64,000 bases of DNA from Octopus vulgaris. Lineage: Eukaryota. Location: assembly GCA_951406725.2 (NCBI GenBank), contig OX597817.1, forward strand, positions 113,212,001 to 113,276,000, given 5' to 3'. The position numbers and the translations under genes were made by a program. The stretch's first letter is position 1, and each line of letters starts with the position of its first letter. Below, one piece after another: positions 1-14,344 of the stretch. A model generated the notes under the pieces. That model did no database searches. It had not been told where the DNA came from and worked only from the letters and a program-made list of their open reading frames with translations.

Positions 1-3000
1 ACCTTAGCCAGAATATTTTAACTCATGCATGTCTCCGTATCTTCATAATCTTTACACCATCAATCCTTCCAAAGATTGCTACCAAACTACACTGTATTTA
101 CATTTATTTGTTTTGCAAGATTCTTGATGTGGAATCATATGTTGAAACAGATTTTGTTATACTTGGAGATGATCATATTTTACCAATTAAACACACACAT
201 ATGTTTCATCTTTATTTCAGCTTTATTATTTTTTTTTTTGTTTCTTAATCAAAGCTCTTTTGTCAAATCTTGTGACCTCTTTAACAACTCTTTACCCCAC
301 GTGTCTTCTCTTGTTCTGCTTTATCCATTTTGTCTTTCTGTGATATGTCTTTTTATCTGCATCATTATCTGTGTGTATATGTATGTGTGTACACGTACGC
401 GCACATGTCTATATGTTTAGTATGTGTGTTTTGTGTGCATGTATATGGGTTTGCTTACTACAGTTTGTGCCCATATCTTTTATTTGGTTCTCTTATTTAT
501 TCCTTTATTTACTTTTCTTGTTTTTTGTTTCTCATTCCATCTTTAGTATATGTATTCGTGTCTTGTGTCTGTGTATATGGGTTTATGTGTTATACTGCTT
601 ATATCTGTGTCTTTGTTTTCCTTTATTTCCATAAAACAACCCCTCTAATCTCACTTGAATCTAGAAGAATATCATTGGGTTATGTGGTTATCAGTACAAA
701 CTTATTGTGAATCTGAGTTGAGAAATTTAATATAAATAAGAATACAAAAATAGGTATAACTTTTGAAATAAGTAAATAAAAACTAAACAAGAAAAAACTA
801 GAGGTTTCATGCATTCTCTTTCAAGTGTCCATGACTGGAATTTGTTACTGTTTCTGTTGGGTGATCATTGTAATTTTTAGGATGAAACATTTTTTCTTTT
901 CTGAAGTAATGTTCATCTTGTTGAAGTAATTTCCTGTCTGAAGGAAGAAAAAGATGTCATTCCATATCAAGTGGACTGTGCTATAAACTTGCTTTGACAT
1001 TTGGTTTGAAAATATTGCATCTGAGATTATTTTATCTTCTTCTCTTACTAATAATCACTGATATTTTCTCTTGAATTAACCTGTTCTCTGTTGTTATTCT
1101 TCCCCTCCCCCACTTTCATTTTCTAAAACAGTTTTACTTGCTTTCTTTTACAAAATCACAAGGTTTTTACTTTGTAAACTTTGTCTACAACTTAACCTAT
1201 TTCAGCTGACAGAATAGTTGAAAATAAACAGAAAAATCAATAATGATCACTAAAGTTACTACATTCTTTGTAATTTAGAGGTTGTTCAACCCTCTTCTAA
1301 TTCACTATTTTCAGAAAGCTAACTTATCCATAGATTTCTGACTGTCATCAAAATTAGGCATGAAATTGGCAGAATTGTTGAAGTATAGAACAAAGTGCTT
1401 TCTGTGTTCTGAGTTCAAATCCTGCTGAGATCAGTTCTACTTTTCATCATTTTAGGATTGATATTACCAGTCCAAGGTGGTGCATTGCTGGTATTGTCAG
1501 ATGAGATGCCTTACAGTATTTGTTCCAGCTCCTCATTTTCTGGGTTCTTGAATGACTTAATCTCTTACTTAGTAGATGTAATGGAAATTGCTTCTGGAAT
1601 AAAGTAACGTAATACAAAAATTAACACAAGAAAATATATCTCTCTCACATTGAGAAGATAATTGGTTTATAAATTATTTGACGAAATGGTAAATGAAGAG
1701 ATGAGGGACATATTTAATATAAATTGAAAGTTTTCATGTTAAAGTAAAAGGTTAAGAAATAGTTTTTGTTTTTTTTTAAGTTAGCACTGATAATCTTAAA
1801 CTGTTACTTAGTATAACACCACTACCTTGAATGTCTAGCAGAGTTCACTTTGTTGCTAGAATTCAGACCATGTCACTGTTAGAAAATAACTTCCTCTCAC
1901 TAGCATCAGAGCACCTGAAAAATAACAGGTCTTGAATGAATGCTGCCTTTCCTTTCCTAACTAAATGGTTAAACAAAAAAAAAAAATAAAATTAAAGAGA
2001 GAATGAGTAACATTTCTCACTAAACTAAAAATTCCTTCTGTAACATTATTGCAGATGCCTTTCAGTACCTGGCTATTTTGTTTGAATTTTTCATTACTAT
2101 TTGCTCTTATGCTTAAACAAAAATATAGTAACCTTTGGTTCTGTCTTTTATAGAAAATTACCTTCACTTGGGTAGAGTTTTTTTTTTTGTTCTGTTTTGT
2201 TTTGTTTTTATTTAGTTGTCTCTAAAATGACAATATAGTATTTATACTTCATACAATTAGTAAAATAGGTTTTATGTTTGTTGTTGACTGAGTTGATTGG
2301 ATACCAATCCATTAACTGATGCATTCACAGTTCAAATCCATCACAAGCATTGTGCTGAGTTTATAATTGGCTGAACCTGTATTAGCTCAGGAGACCTAAC
2401 AATATATGTACTATGTAGAGATAAAGCTTATTGCTTTTAACAGCAGAACTCTAGTTTGTTAAGTGTTTTGATTTCTTACATTCTTGTGCTAAATTCAGAT
2501 CTTATCACATGTATAGCTTGCATAGATATGGACTTCACTAGATTGACATATTTTAGATTCTCTATATACATAAGCAGGATCATCTTCTGTGGCCTTACTA
2601 TCACCCAACAACTGTCAGCCTGCCAGGCTGATGAAGTAGCTTCTACAAGATTACCTGACTTCCTAGAAATAGTTGCCAAATCATCTTCCATTCACATGAT
2701 GCTTTCTTAGATACAACAGGCTACACAAATACATTTACTGGAATGATGATGCACCCAAGGGTGGTCTATTGCTGGGATTTAAGCAAGAAATTCAAACTAT
2801 CCATATTTTAAACTCTGGCTTTTAAAAAAAGATTTGAAAAAGAGTGGAAATCTTTAGGATTTATGGTGAGAGGGTTAACAAATTTTTTTTAAGTATTTTT
2901 TTTTCATAATCTTATGAATTCCTATATGTAGGAAAACAAATTCACAGACATTTTCTGAAAATGCCAAAACATTAAAAAAAAACTTATGATGGGTTATATG

Positions 3001-3707
3001 GGTTATATTCTGCTTAAACCAGAATTCCACTAAAAAATGTAGAAAAGAAAGAAGAGCAAAAATTACTTCCTAAACAAACAAAAAAGTCTTGGTTTTGGAA
3101 ATCATTTGATTTATTCCCATTGGGTAATATTGAGGGATGCGCCTCACAGCAAAATAAAACCAAGGGTTGTGGACATAATTTGAGTATATAAATTAAAGGT
3201 ATTAGCATGTTTATTTGGAGTTTGTAAAATTCTAAAAATAGTAATTAAATCTTACAGCTCAAAACACTGTTTAAAATTATATTTTTAAATATTTTCAACT
3301 AAAAAATCATGGATTTGTTTTACATTATGACTTTCCTTTACTGGGTTCAGTCACTGGACTGCAGCCATACTATCACTGGGAGATTTGCAAACCTTCAGCT
3401 GTTTTAGTCACTCATCAGTTCCAGAGCATATTTCAGTCTGGTACTCAGTTTATCAACATCTATTTGTTGAACTGCTAAGTTATATAACATAAAGGGACAT
3501 GACATAAGCAACACCAGTTTTTAGCCCCTGTTTTAGTAAACATGAACACACACAGATATATGTATGTGACAGATCATTGAAGATACAACTGCTAGAAGAA
3601 GAGAGAGATGCACCTACTCATTTTCAGTTGAGTATGTTCATGTCATTCTATTTTTATCCAAATTTTTGCATACATTATTACATTGTTTTCTTCTACCATA
3701 TTGAAAA

Positions 3708-4135
3708 AGTGGTTCAAATTTTGGTACAAAGCCAGCAATTTCAAGGAGGAGACAAATCTATTATATCAACTCAAGTGTTCAACTGGTAATTATTTAATTG
3801 ACCTCAAAGGGATGAAAGACAAAGTTCAACCTCAGTGGAATTTGAACTCAGGGCTTAAAGACAAATGCCACTAAGCATTTTGCCCAGTGTGCTAACAAAT
3901 CTGTCAGCTTGCTGCCTTTGGTTTTAAATTTTGGCTCAAGGCCAACAATTTTCAGGGAAAGGGTAAGTCGATTACATTAAACCCAGTTCTCAAATGGTAC
4001 TTATTTTATTGATCCCAAAAGGATGAAAGGCAAAGTTGACCTTGGCAGAATTTGAACACAGAGCATAAAGATGAACAAAATACTTAGTAGCATTTTGGCC
4101 ATCATTCTAACAGGTCTGCTAGCTCACCACCTTAC
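3708..4135 (-). mobile_element. Two tandem copies of tRNA-derived SINE family B
   Basis: Repeated motif ggtacttattttat.gaccc..aaaggatgaaaggcaaagttgacc..gg..gaatttgaactcag (B-box on the minus strand). Confidence 0.7.
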
Positions 4136-4216
4136 CATATTGAAATATTGAGATGTACTTAGAATATCTAATTATAAGTGTTTGAATCTCACTCAGCTTA
4201 TTGAGTTTTATTCATT

Positions 4217-4256
<40 letters not shown>

Positions 4257-7200
4257 TGAAAAATCTATAAGTGTAGGTCTTTCAGTGGACTAGCTGAGAC
4301 TATAATCTTAGTCATTTTACACATTGCAACAGAAACTGTTCTGTAAGGATTAAGAAATTCTATAACAAGAAATATATAATTAGAAATTTGTCACGATTGT
4401 ATAATGATTGCACCTTTATTCAATTCAGTCATTCATAGTTCTTGAAGTTGTCTAAATTGAATTTGTGCTTAGCTATATCCATGGAAGTTCTCTATATATA
4501 AACTTCTTCCTATTGCTGTGAGTCTAAAAATAAGAAGGCAGAAATGTATATAACAAAATAAAGAGAAAAAGAAAAAAAACATAACTGGAATGGATAGTGA
4601 AAAGACAAACCTAATTACACATTTTCTAGACTTTTAGAGATAATTTTGGATCTTATTAAGCCTTTGAAAACGATAAATGAAATTGTGCAGGTACTATTTT
4701 GCTTCTTATTTTCATTGCCATCAAGTCGTGGTCAGATCTAGGTATTTTATTAATGTTTTCAGCCATAAACATTTTGTAAGCTTAGTGCTTACAATGTATC
4801 TGTGTGTGTGTGTGTGTACATATACATGTACACAAACGTTGTTGTGTGTTGAAAGATTGAATAGTTCACTACCTAGTCACATGGCTTCAGACTCAGTCCT
4901 ACTGCATGGCATCTTGGACGAGTATCTTCTACTACAGCGTTGGGTCAATCAAAGACTTATGAGTGGATTAGGTAGACAATGTGCATGTATATGTGTGTCT
5001 ATGTATATATATTATAAAATATCTCTGAAGAACTACAAAAATATTGAAACAAGTCTGCAGCTTGTAATATATTAATAAATTAATATAGTCTTCTTAATAA
5101 ATTAAATATACTCTACAATCAAAGTGTATTGAGTTCTTTCTTGAATTGTGGATTCACTAATCATATGATTAGATGCATCTGATATATATTTGTGTATGTA
5201 TAGGTAGGATATGGCAGAAGTGGTGGTGGACCAAACAAAAATACTTAATGATATTTAATTGGGTCCTGTTCTGTTCCTTTTACCACTTTTTATACCTATG
5301 TCAACATTGCCTTTCATCTTACTTGGGTTGAAGGAATAAGTACCAGACAAAAACACATTCTACAAGCTCATAAGTCTAACTTCACTATAAATGCAGGAAT
5401 TTGCTATATGAACAGCAATGGCTGGCTTAATAGATTTTTATACCATAACTTTATATATTAACTGCTCAGATCTTAATTTTAATGATTGCCTGGACACTGA
5501 TATTGATAGTAAATTCTAATAATTTTTTTCAAGAAGTATAAAGTTAATACTTTTAACCATTTTGTATTCAGATTATCTCATAGTTTCAAGATTTTTGAAG
5601 ATGTGATTTTTTATTTTTAGAATGACATTGTAGGGTCTGGATCTGACCAGTTTGAACATAACATGGGTAGAATAGCTGGGCAGAATTTAGCTAGCTTAAA
5701 TGCCAAAAGGTTTATGAACCAGCTTCAGTTTGTATAAATTTGAGAAGACAATGAAAACCACTACAATGCTACAAAAGCAATTAATGAATTAACAAATCAT
5801 TCAAAGTTTTGGCTTTACTAAGCATTAGATTTTGAAATATGCCTCCTGCGTGCAAGTGATTTCAGCCATAGTTGATATTTTAGAAATATATGCATACTGC
5901 TAGCCTTAAAACTAAAATACTGAAAAATTGTGTTTTACTTCTTTCCCAGCATTTGTGATGACTTTCATCCTTTTTTAATGCTAGTATTTCTTTTTGTTCA
6001 CTTGCAGTAGCAAGGCTGCAAGTAAACAAAAGGATTTTATACAACCCCAGTGTAACAAACTAATGTGAGACCTTCTATGTGGTTGATCAAGAAGTTAGAT
6101 ATAGAGCTATATCTCCCTCTAATCATATCCTCTAAGCTTAAAAAAGTAGTTGTATTAGATATTACAGTCCTGCACTGAAAAGTCTGAAAAAAAGGGACTG
6201 AATTGTCATGGCTGGTGTGTTTTTGATCATAGGACTGCTGGGTGAAAGTTGACTAAGGTTTAAGCAACAAAGAAGCCTTGTCATGGTTATCTGATCTGCT
6301 AGAAGTAGCTGCTAGATTTGCTAAAAATCACATCTTAAAATGGAAAAAACACACACATTAGAGTATGAAATCCATCTGATAAAAGAGAGATGATCATAAT
6401 AGGAACCACAATGATCATTGGTCCACTCAGAATTTACCAAAATGGGGTTTAAACAGCAACAACAAAACCTTTAGTTTATTACTACCAATTAATTGATCTT
6501 CTGTGCAATACAGTTTCCACCCGATCTCTCAAGCAGACGCACACAAACTCAAAGCTCTGAAAGGTGCCAAAAGCAGTTACTGCAAAGTATCTGTATGCCA
6601 TAGTATCACTATGACTGCCTTGCCCTTAAGTCAGAAATAATTACAGATTAGGTAAGAAGGATCAAAATGAAAACAAAAGGGGAAAGTATACAGTGTGTCA
6701 GTAGCAGTCATGTGGGGGAGGTGAGGTTGTGCATCATTGAAGTAGAAGATATCAGGAAGTTAAATGAAGTAGAGGGAGGCAACCAGGCTGACCCTTCTGA
6801 CACTGGCTAACTCAGTATTAACAACAGATGCTGCAGCGATGATCTTTGCAGTGTACGTGAATGTAATCACGTAAGGAATGTCTGTCCTGACGCTTCCCTT
6901 TCTCACTTTATCTCTCTCTATATATCTTTCTCTATCTAGATAGATCTATCTATCTGTTATATTCACCCCAAACGTCATTTAATTTATTAGCTCATGAAAT
7001 TCTTTTCACACGTCATGCAATATCTACGGTCAACGCAGTGACTTGTAGAACATGTAGTTGTTGTTATTGCTGCCCCCTCTGCCTTCGTCTTTCCTTATCC
7101 TCCTCCTCCTCCTTCATCTTCTTCTCTTCCTCTTCCAGTGAGTCAGTTGAACAGAGTCCTCAGTTTGCCAATGAGGATTGAACTTGAGCTCACCAATAAT

Positions 7201-7338
7201 TACATATACTGGTTATGCTGACATATAACCTCATTGCATACTATTTTCTAAGAAGACCCAACTCATACTCTCTACCTCCATCCTCTTTTTTTTCTCTCAC
7301 ATGATCTCCACTCTTTTGCTCCTCCTTCTTTCTCTCCC

Positions 7339-7690
<352 letters not shown>

Positions 7691-8086
7691 GGAAGGAGGG
7701 AACATGAGTTTATGTGACAGAGAGAGAAAAAAGGAAGAAGATGAGTATGTGAAATGGAGAGATAGATAGACAGAGAGAAAGAGGGAGAGAGTGATTGCTG
7801 GAGTCTTGGCACCTAAGAAGTAAGGTGTAACTGCTACACTTGTATTCCTTGATAATGATGATGCAACATGTGGATCTGTTGAATTATCTACATGCATTTC
7901 TGAAAATGCACACACTGTCAGGACAAAATATAGTGGCCCACACTCGCGCATATATATGTATGCACTTGGCCTGGACATGCATTTACACACACACATATAT
8001 AGAGAAGTGTTTGTGTGTTTGAATGTCTAAGTGTGAGAAAAATAAACATGCATGTGTGTGTGTGTAATATACATATGCATGTAATA

Positions 8087-8874
8087 TAGGGTGTCCCAAA
8101 AGTCACTGATGGGTTTCAGTTTTTAATAACTTCCTTAACTTTACAAATAAATGCATGAAATTTTAATACAATATAAAGGACATAATAGAAATTAAAATGC
8201 ACAAGTCAGATTTTGCAACACCTCTACATCACATATGAAAAATGACATTGCTTAAATGGCAGCTATTTTCGGTTTCACATACCCATGCTCTTTCCAAAGC
8301 TTGCACCACAACTCTCTCAAGAGTTTCAGACCCCACTTCTCTGATTTCTTTATTGATCTTCTCTTTCACTTGCACCAGATGATGGAAATGCTGTCACAGT
8401 GACTGGGGAATGGTACAGAACCATGATTGAGACCTTTTTGCACCAGGCTATTCAAAATAGACCTCACACATGGTTCCAGCAAGATGGGGCAACTGCTCAT
8501 ACTGCAAGAGAAACAATGCAGTTGCTACGGCCATGCTTTGGAGAGACAATAATCTCCTGCTTCGGCAATATCAACTAACCTTCATGTTCCCCAGACTTGA
8601 CTAACTCAGATATTTTCTTGTGGGGATACCTGAAAGAGAGGATTTACATCAACAAACCAGAGACCCTGGTGCAACTGAAAGAGAAGATCAATAGAGAAAT
8701 CAGAGAAGTGGGGTCTGAAAGTTTTGGAAAGAGCACGGGTGTGCGATGCTGAAAATGCCTGCTGTCTAAATGATGTCATTTTTTCATATGTGATGTAGTG
8801 GTGGTGCAAAATTTGACTTGTGCATATTAATTTCCATTATGTTCTTTGTATTGTATCAAAATTTCATGCATTTA
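8087..8874 (+). mobile_element. Defective Tc1/mariner (rosa, DD41D) foldback element
   Basis: Left end ta|TAGGGTGTCCCAAAAGTC resembles a mariner TIR. 8148-8378 is the inverted copy of 8666-8874. The centre holds a transposase fragment. Confidence 0.8.
8378..8730 (+). pseudogene. DD41D (rosa-type) transposase C-terminal fragment with a stop codon
   Basis: Translation DDGNAVTVTGEWYRTMIETFL...WFQQDGATAHTARETMQLL...IN*PSCSPDLTNSDIFLWGYLKERIYINKPETLVQLKEKI. There are 41 residues between the QQD aspartate and the SPDLxxxD aspartate. Confidence 0.85.
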
Positions 8875-8902
8875 TATATGCATGTATTTAATATATATAT
8901 AT

Positions 8903-9110
8903 AGTTAATCCAAACATGAAAACACAAAGAGAAAACACAACAACGCGAGGACGTGGAACAAGTATAGTGTTATTGGACGCTCAGGAAAGAAAAGAAAGAA
9001 GGAGGATTTAACGTTTCAAGTAGAGCTCTTCGGCAGAAACATAGGAAAAGAAAAGATCCAAAGAAGGGAAGACGGAGGAAAAAAATCGCCAATAGTACAC
9101 ACACGGTCAC
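8903..9110 (-). repeat. Short TA-flanked repeat with minimal hammerhead motif (pLTR-like)
   Basis: The minus strand at 9007-9039 reads ttt CTGCCGA aGAGc tct aCTT GAAAC GT TA aa. Related copies at about 12368-12403 (+), 61450-61640 (-) and 62040-62222 (-). Confidence 0.55.
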
Positions 9111-9469
9111 ATATATATATATGTGTAATATATGTAATGTATATGTACATATGCATTATATATGTCATTCTAAAACTAAACTTCTCTCTTGGTGCTGTAT
9201 GAACATTTAATGTGGTTTTAGAGTCAAGTTTTGGCTGCTATGTCTAGCATGGTGGTATCTCTTAGATCCAGCCTCTCACACCTACCTACAATGACATTCT
9301 AAAACATAAACAATCGCTTCAGTGAAATCTCAGAGTTATAAAATAATGCATGATTAATTCAAAACAATGTGAATAAATCAGCATAACATTTGACAGAGTA
9401 ATCTGAGTAACAAACTGTTATTCTATAGGTTCCTGATGTAAGACTTTAATAATGGAGGTTTGGGGATAT

Positions 9470-9900
9470 ATTCTTTTACTCTTTTATTTGTTTCAGTCAT
9501 TTGACTGTGGCCATGCTGGAGCACTGCCTTTTAGTCGAGCAAATCAACCCCAGGACTTATTCTTTGTAAGCCTAGTACTTATTCTTTGTAAGCCTAGTAC
9601 TTATTCTATCAGTCTTTTTTGCCGAACCGCTAAGTTACGGGGACGTAAACAAACCAGCATTGATTGTCAAGTGATGTTGGGGGAACAAACACAGACACAC
9701 AAACATACACACACATATATATATATACATATATACGACGGGCTTCTTTCAGTTTCTGTCTACCAAATCCACTCACAAGGCTTCGGTTGGCCCGAGGCTG
9801 TAGTAGAAGACACTTGCCCAAGGTGCCACGCAGTGGGAATGAACCCGGAACCATGTGGTTGGTAAGCAAGCTACTTACAACACAGCCACTCCTACACCTA
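9470..9900 (-). mobile_element. tRNA-derived SINE (family A)
   Basis: Reverse-complement homologue of 28318-28702. Other copies at about 10200-10520, 24363-24463, 51990-52398, 4830-4980 and 33660-33810. Confidence 0.75.
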
Positions 9901-10776
9901 TATATATAATCATATTTCTTATTCCTTATGTTTCCTCTCTTGTATAACAAAGTTTTGAACAAGAATTTTGCAAATATTTCACATACACGCACACACGATA
10001 ACATTCCTTCCAATGTTCCAAAGAGAAGAGATGTAAATCACAGAGGAATATGAGCCTCTTCATTTGGTAAGACTTAGATTGATAACAGACCATACTTATC
10101 AGCAGTAACCCAGAGTGCAAAAATTTTTGTCAAGCATTTCATAGTAAAAGTTTTCATTGCCTAATAACTGACAACAGGCTGTCAACACTTTGTGAATATC
10201 TTTTATCCTTTACTTGTTTCAGTCATTAGACTATGGCCATGCTGGAGACGGCCTTGATAACTTTTAGTGAAATGTATCAGCCCAATACTTTTTTTTTAAA
10301 GCCTGGTACTTATTACAAAGACACACATGCATAGAAACACATACACGCACATTTAACAGGCTTCTTTCATTTTCCATCTACCAAATCTACTCATAAGGTT
10401 TTGGTTGGTCTGAGGTCATAGCAGAAGACACTTGCCCAAAGTGTCACACAGTGAGACTGAACCCCAAACCATGTGATTGGGAAGCAAGCTTCTTACCACA
10501 CAGCCATGCCTGTGGCCATATTTAGAGAAACACACATCTTCAGGCATAGCTAGACTCAGGTAATAAAATATGCTAAGCGTTTGGAATTGTTTCCCTGTTT
10601 AGAGCAAAGTTGAATATTTCATTGTCTTTGGAATTAGTGGCTGTCTATATAGTTGAGATATTTTACCAAGTTGTTTTGCCTCTTCTATCAGAATATATAT
10701 ATTAGTTGCCTTGAATATGCGACTAGAGTACTGGAACAGTGCTGATGAGGTCCTTTATTATTTCTAATGAATGAAT

Positions 10777-10821
<45 letters not shown>

Positions 10822-10982
10822 CAGCAGCAGCAGCAGCAGTAGCATCTGCAGAAGGAGCAGTAAACATGATGTCTAAACCATATGCAGAGAAAATTTCTTT
10901 GGGTATCTCAGCAAGATATTCTTTCTACAAGGGGATAAGCTCATTTCGTTTCAAGAAGTTTTTCTCTCAGTTTATTTTTCCC

Positions 10983-11849
10983 GGATCTTTTCCTTTTGAA
11001 AGGCACATGTCAACACAATTTCTAGTTAACTAAACGCTTTAAAACTTCGTATACTGGTAGAATGTGTCAAAATAAAACATTTTTTCTCTTGGCTTTCTTG
11101 ATAAAATTGTAATTCGTTTGTTTAACGCAGTTTAATTTTTCGAATTTTAACCAATCAATTGCCTCTAATTGAGCTAAAATCATTTGCTGTGTCTAAAACT
11201 GAGACAACATCCTGTCACTAACCCTAACCCTAACCCCCACACTCACCCTAACCCTAAATTTTAGCCTTTCGTTTTTTTTTTCTTAATTGTTAAATTAATT
11301 CAAGGATAATAATTAAGAAAAAAAAAATGAAAGGCTAAAACGAAAGCAATGGAAAATAATTTAAACAATTAACAAACAAAATAGTTCTATAATTTTATAC
11401 ACACACTTTCCGTACATATACATAACGACAGGCTAAAACGAAAGCAAAAACTCAAAACAAAAACAAAACGAATAATTTTAGACACACGCGTAACAATTAA
11501 ATTAATTTAACAATTAAGAAAAAAAAAAACGAAAGGCTAAAATTTAGGGTTAGGGTGAGGGTGTGGGTTAGGGTGAGGGTGTGGGTTAGGGTGAGGGTGT
11601 GGGTTAGGGTTAGTGACAGGATGTTGCCTCAGTTTTAGATGCAGCAAATGATTTTAGCTCACTAGAGGCGATTCATTGGTTAAAATTCGAAAAATGAAAC
11701 TACGTTAAACAAACAAATTACAATTTTCTCAAGAAAGCCAAGAGAAAAAAAATGCTTTATTTTGACACATTCTACCAGTATACGAAGTTTTAAAGTGTTT
11801 AGTTAACTAGAAATTGTGTTGACATGTGCTGTTCAAAAGGAAAAGATCC
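10983..11849. mobile_element. Non-autonomous foldback DNA transposon with ~340-bp TIRs containing TTAGGG-type repeats (MULE/hAT-like, superfamily uncertain)
   Basis: Begins GGATCTTTTCCTTTTGAA and ends TTCAAAAGGAAAAGATCC. Exact 8-bp TSD tttttccc at 10975-10982 and 11850-11857. Arms carry (TAACCC)n and (GGGTTA/GGGTGA/GGGTGT)n. Confidence 0.88.
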
Positions 11850-12038
11850 TTTTTCCCCAATTTCCATGACACTTTGAAAGTTAGACCAATGGTGATGGCA
11901 TTCTGCTTCAAATCAGTTGATGACTTTCCATAAAGCTCATATCAATGACTCTCCAATGGGTCTATCACTTTTTTTCCTTTACTAGTTTCAATGTTTACTA
12001 GTATTTCTATTAGCCATGCTACATCTGTTCAAAAATTA

Positions 12039-12073
<35 letters not shown>

Positions 12074-14344
12074 TATAAGTATGTAGGTAATATATATATA
12101 TCTTTTAGTTCATACCTGTTTTTCCGTGTAACAATGTCACACACACATACTCTTACATACACTTCTATCACACCATTCACATTCTTCATGCTTTCCTATT
12201 ACTTTGCACTTGTGCTCACTCCCACTTCTTCACATTCACACTCACTTCCACACATATCCTACTTACACATACACACCCACCACTTCTCCCTTAACTTCCT
12301 CACTCATTTTTCATTTTTTTTTTCATTCTTTCACCAGCTATTTCTCTCTCACTTGTCCTCTTCTTTTCTTTCTGATGAAGCACTAACAACTGAAACATTA
12401 AAACCCTTAAGGAATATATTTGTAAACACTCTTCTTACTGATATAGATCTTGGTTGATAACTCTAGTTGACTGACTGGATTTAAATCAACCCTCTCCTTT
12501 AATTGGTATGCTATTGAACATCTATTTTTTTCTAAACATCCTTCCTTGGATTGCAGCATGTGATTTCTCACAGATCAATATACGTGCATTTGCACATTAA
12601 TGTCTGATGAAATGGTCTGGTTATGTAATAATATGATGTAATAATATGATGGTTATGTAATTATTATGTTCATAACAACATCTCTACTCAGATTCTCTTA
12701 TTATATTTGACACTGCTATAAGTGTGCAGTGCATTGTTGTTACATGCAGTAGATTTACTGAGTACTTAACATCATAAACTAACTAGTTAATAATTTGTTT
12801 TTAATGGTTAAACTCCAAGTAGATAAAGTTATAAAGTAATAGCATAAAATATTGGGTCAAAAAATCCTTTGGATGGAAAAAATGTCAAAGGCTAACCATG
12901 GGAAAGTAGTTAATATTACATTGTTTTATTGACTGGTTGGTGGATACTAAGTATCATTGATATTCTTCCAAGTTCCCTGTTAACCAATTACACACTGGAA
13001 TGCTATTGAGTTAATTGCCTGGATTGTAGTTTAACCACAGAGTTCTCTTTGCAGATCTGTCTGAAGAACAACCTATTCAGTTTCACCTATTTTTACGGGT
13101 TCATTAGATGTGTTTATTTTGTCTTCACCCATTCAATGGAGAGAGAGTTGATAGCTTCTCATGAAAAGTATTATGAACAACAGGAACTGTCTGTGCTCAT
13201 TTACATATCAGTGCATTTGTTGGCAACTAAATACCCCTGGTAAACTTATAAATAATGAATGGAATTAGTACTGTTGTTCTCAGCCTGTTCTGCCAAGGAA
13301 ACCCTGTGGTTTAATCCCAGGTTCTATTTGCACAAGGAAACTAAATGTATGTTTGTTAAACATACATGCATGTAAATGAATGTACAAACTTATGCACAAG
13401 CATACTGTTTCAGTATTTTAGTTAATTAATATATTATAAATCACATAAAGTTAATTCTTTCTTGTATTCTAAGGATCCTTTTATAAATTTAAAAACATTT
13501 CTCTCTCTCTCCCCTCTCCCCATCTCTCTCCTTCTCTCTCTTTCTCCCTCCCCCCATCTCTCTCTGTGAAATGAAAAAATTATGCACAGGAATGGAAATG
13601 AATAGTGAAGAAAGAATAGAGGCCAAATGGGACTTGAACTTACATTTGCACAATAATGCCACAGTATATGCTATCAGTTGTTCTCCAATTTTCAGTCTCA
13701 TTTATAACCTTATAAACTTATTGCCATATAACTAGAAATATTCCATTTTCTTCAACATAGCCTCCAACATTCTCTTTATGATGATGTTAATCAGATAATT
13801 TGCATATGAAAAACAATTTTTTTTTTGTGTATGTTCGGTTTTGTTTGACAACCCAGCTGTGAATAATTTTTGTACAGTTTCATTAAGGAACTGTTTCTGT
13901 TTTAAATTAAATTAAAGTTATGACTAGCCAAGAATTGAATGACAAATATACATTTTAAACAAAGTGACAATTAGGATTCAAAGAATATAAGAACACAAGC
14001 ACTTGGGTGCTTAAAATGTGAGCATGCATTTCTATTGTGTTAAGCATACTTTTCACTTTTTCTTTCTTTCTCAATTCATTGTGACGACACCTCTCACTTA
14101 CAATATATATATTTTACAAATTCTGGTAAGATTATGTTTTGTACCTTTCATGAGCTTTCAGAAGGGAATTTGTAGAATTTGTTGTTTACTAAGTAAGCCC
14201 TAATCAAAAAGCCTCATGATCAGAACCATTCCAGATGTGACTGTCTTGTCTTATTTTGTCCAATCTGCTACTCTTTGTAAAGTGATTTAAGACGGTAATT
14301 TGACTGCTATTCCTAGCAAGTTCACTTACCACATAAATACCTAC

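Noticed and set aside
76-710. Overlapping hydrophobic ORFs, and similar YI/CV/ER/LS-repeat ORFs throughout (e.g. 7272-7996, 39026-39403, 59243-59640, 62155-62593)
   Set aside because: These are translations of microsatellites or T-rich low-complexity DNA, with no splice or domain support.
11218-11612. True telomere or chromosome fusion site
   Set aside because: The repeats are short, internal to TIRs and bounded by a TSD.
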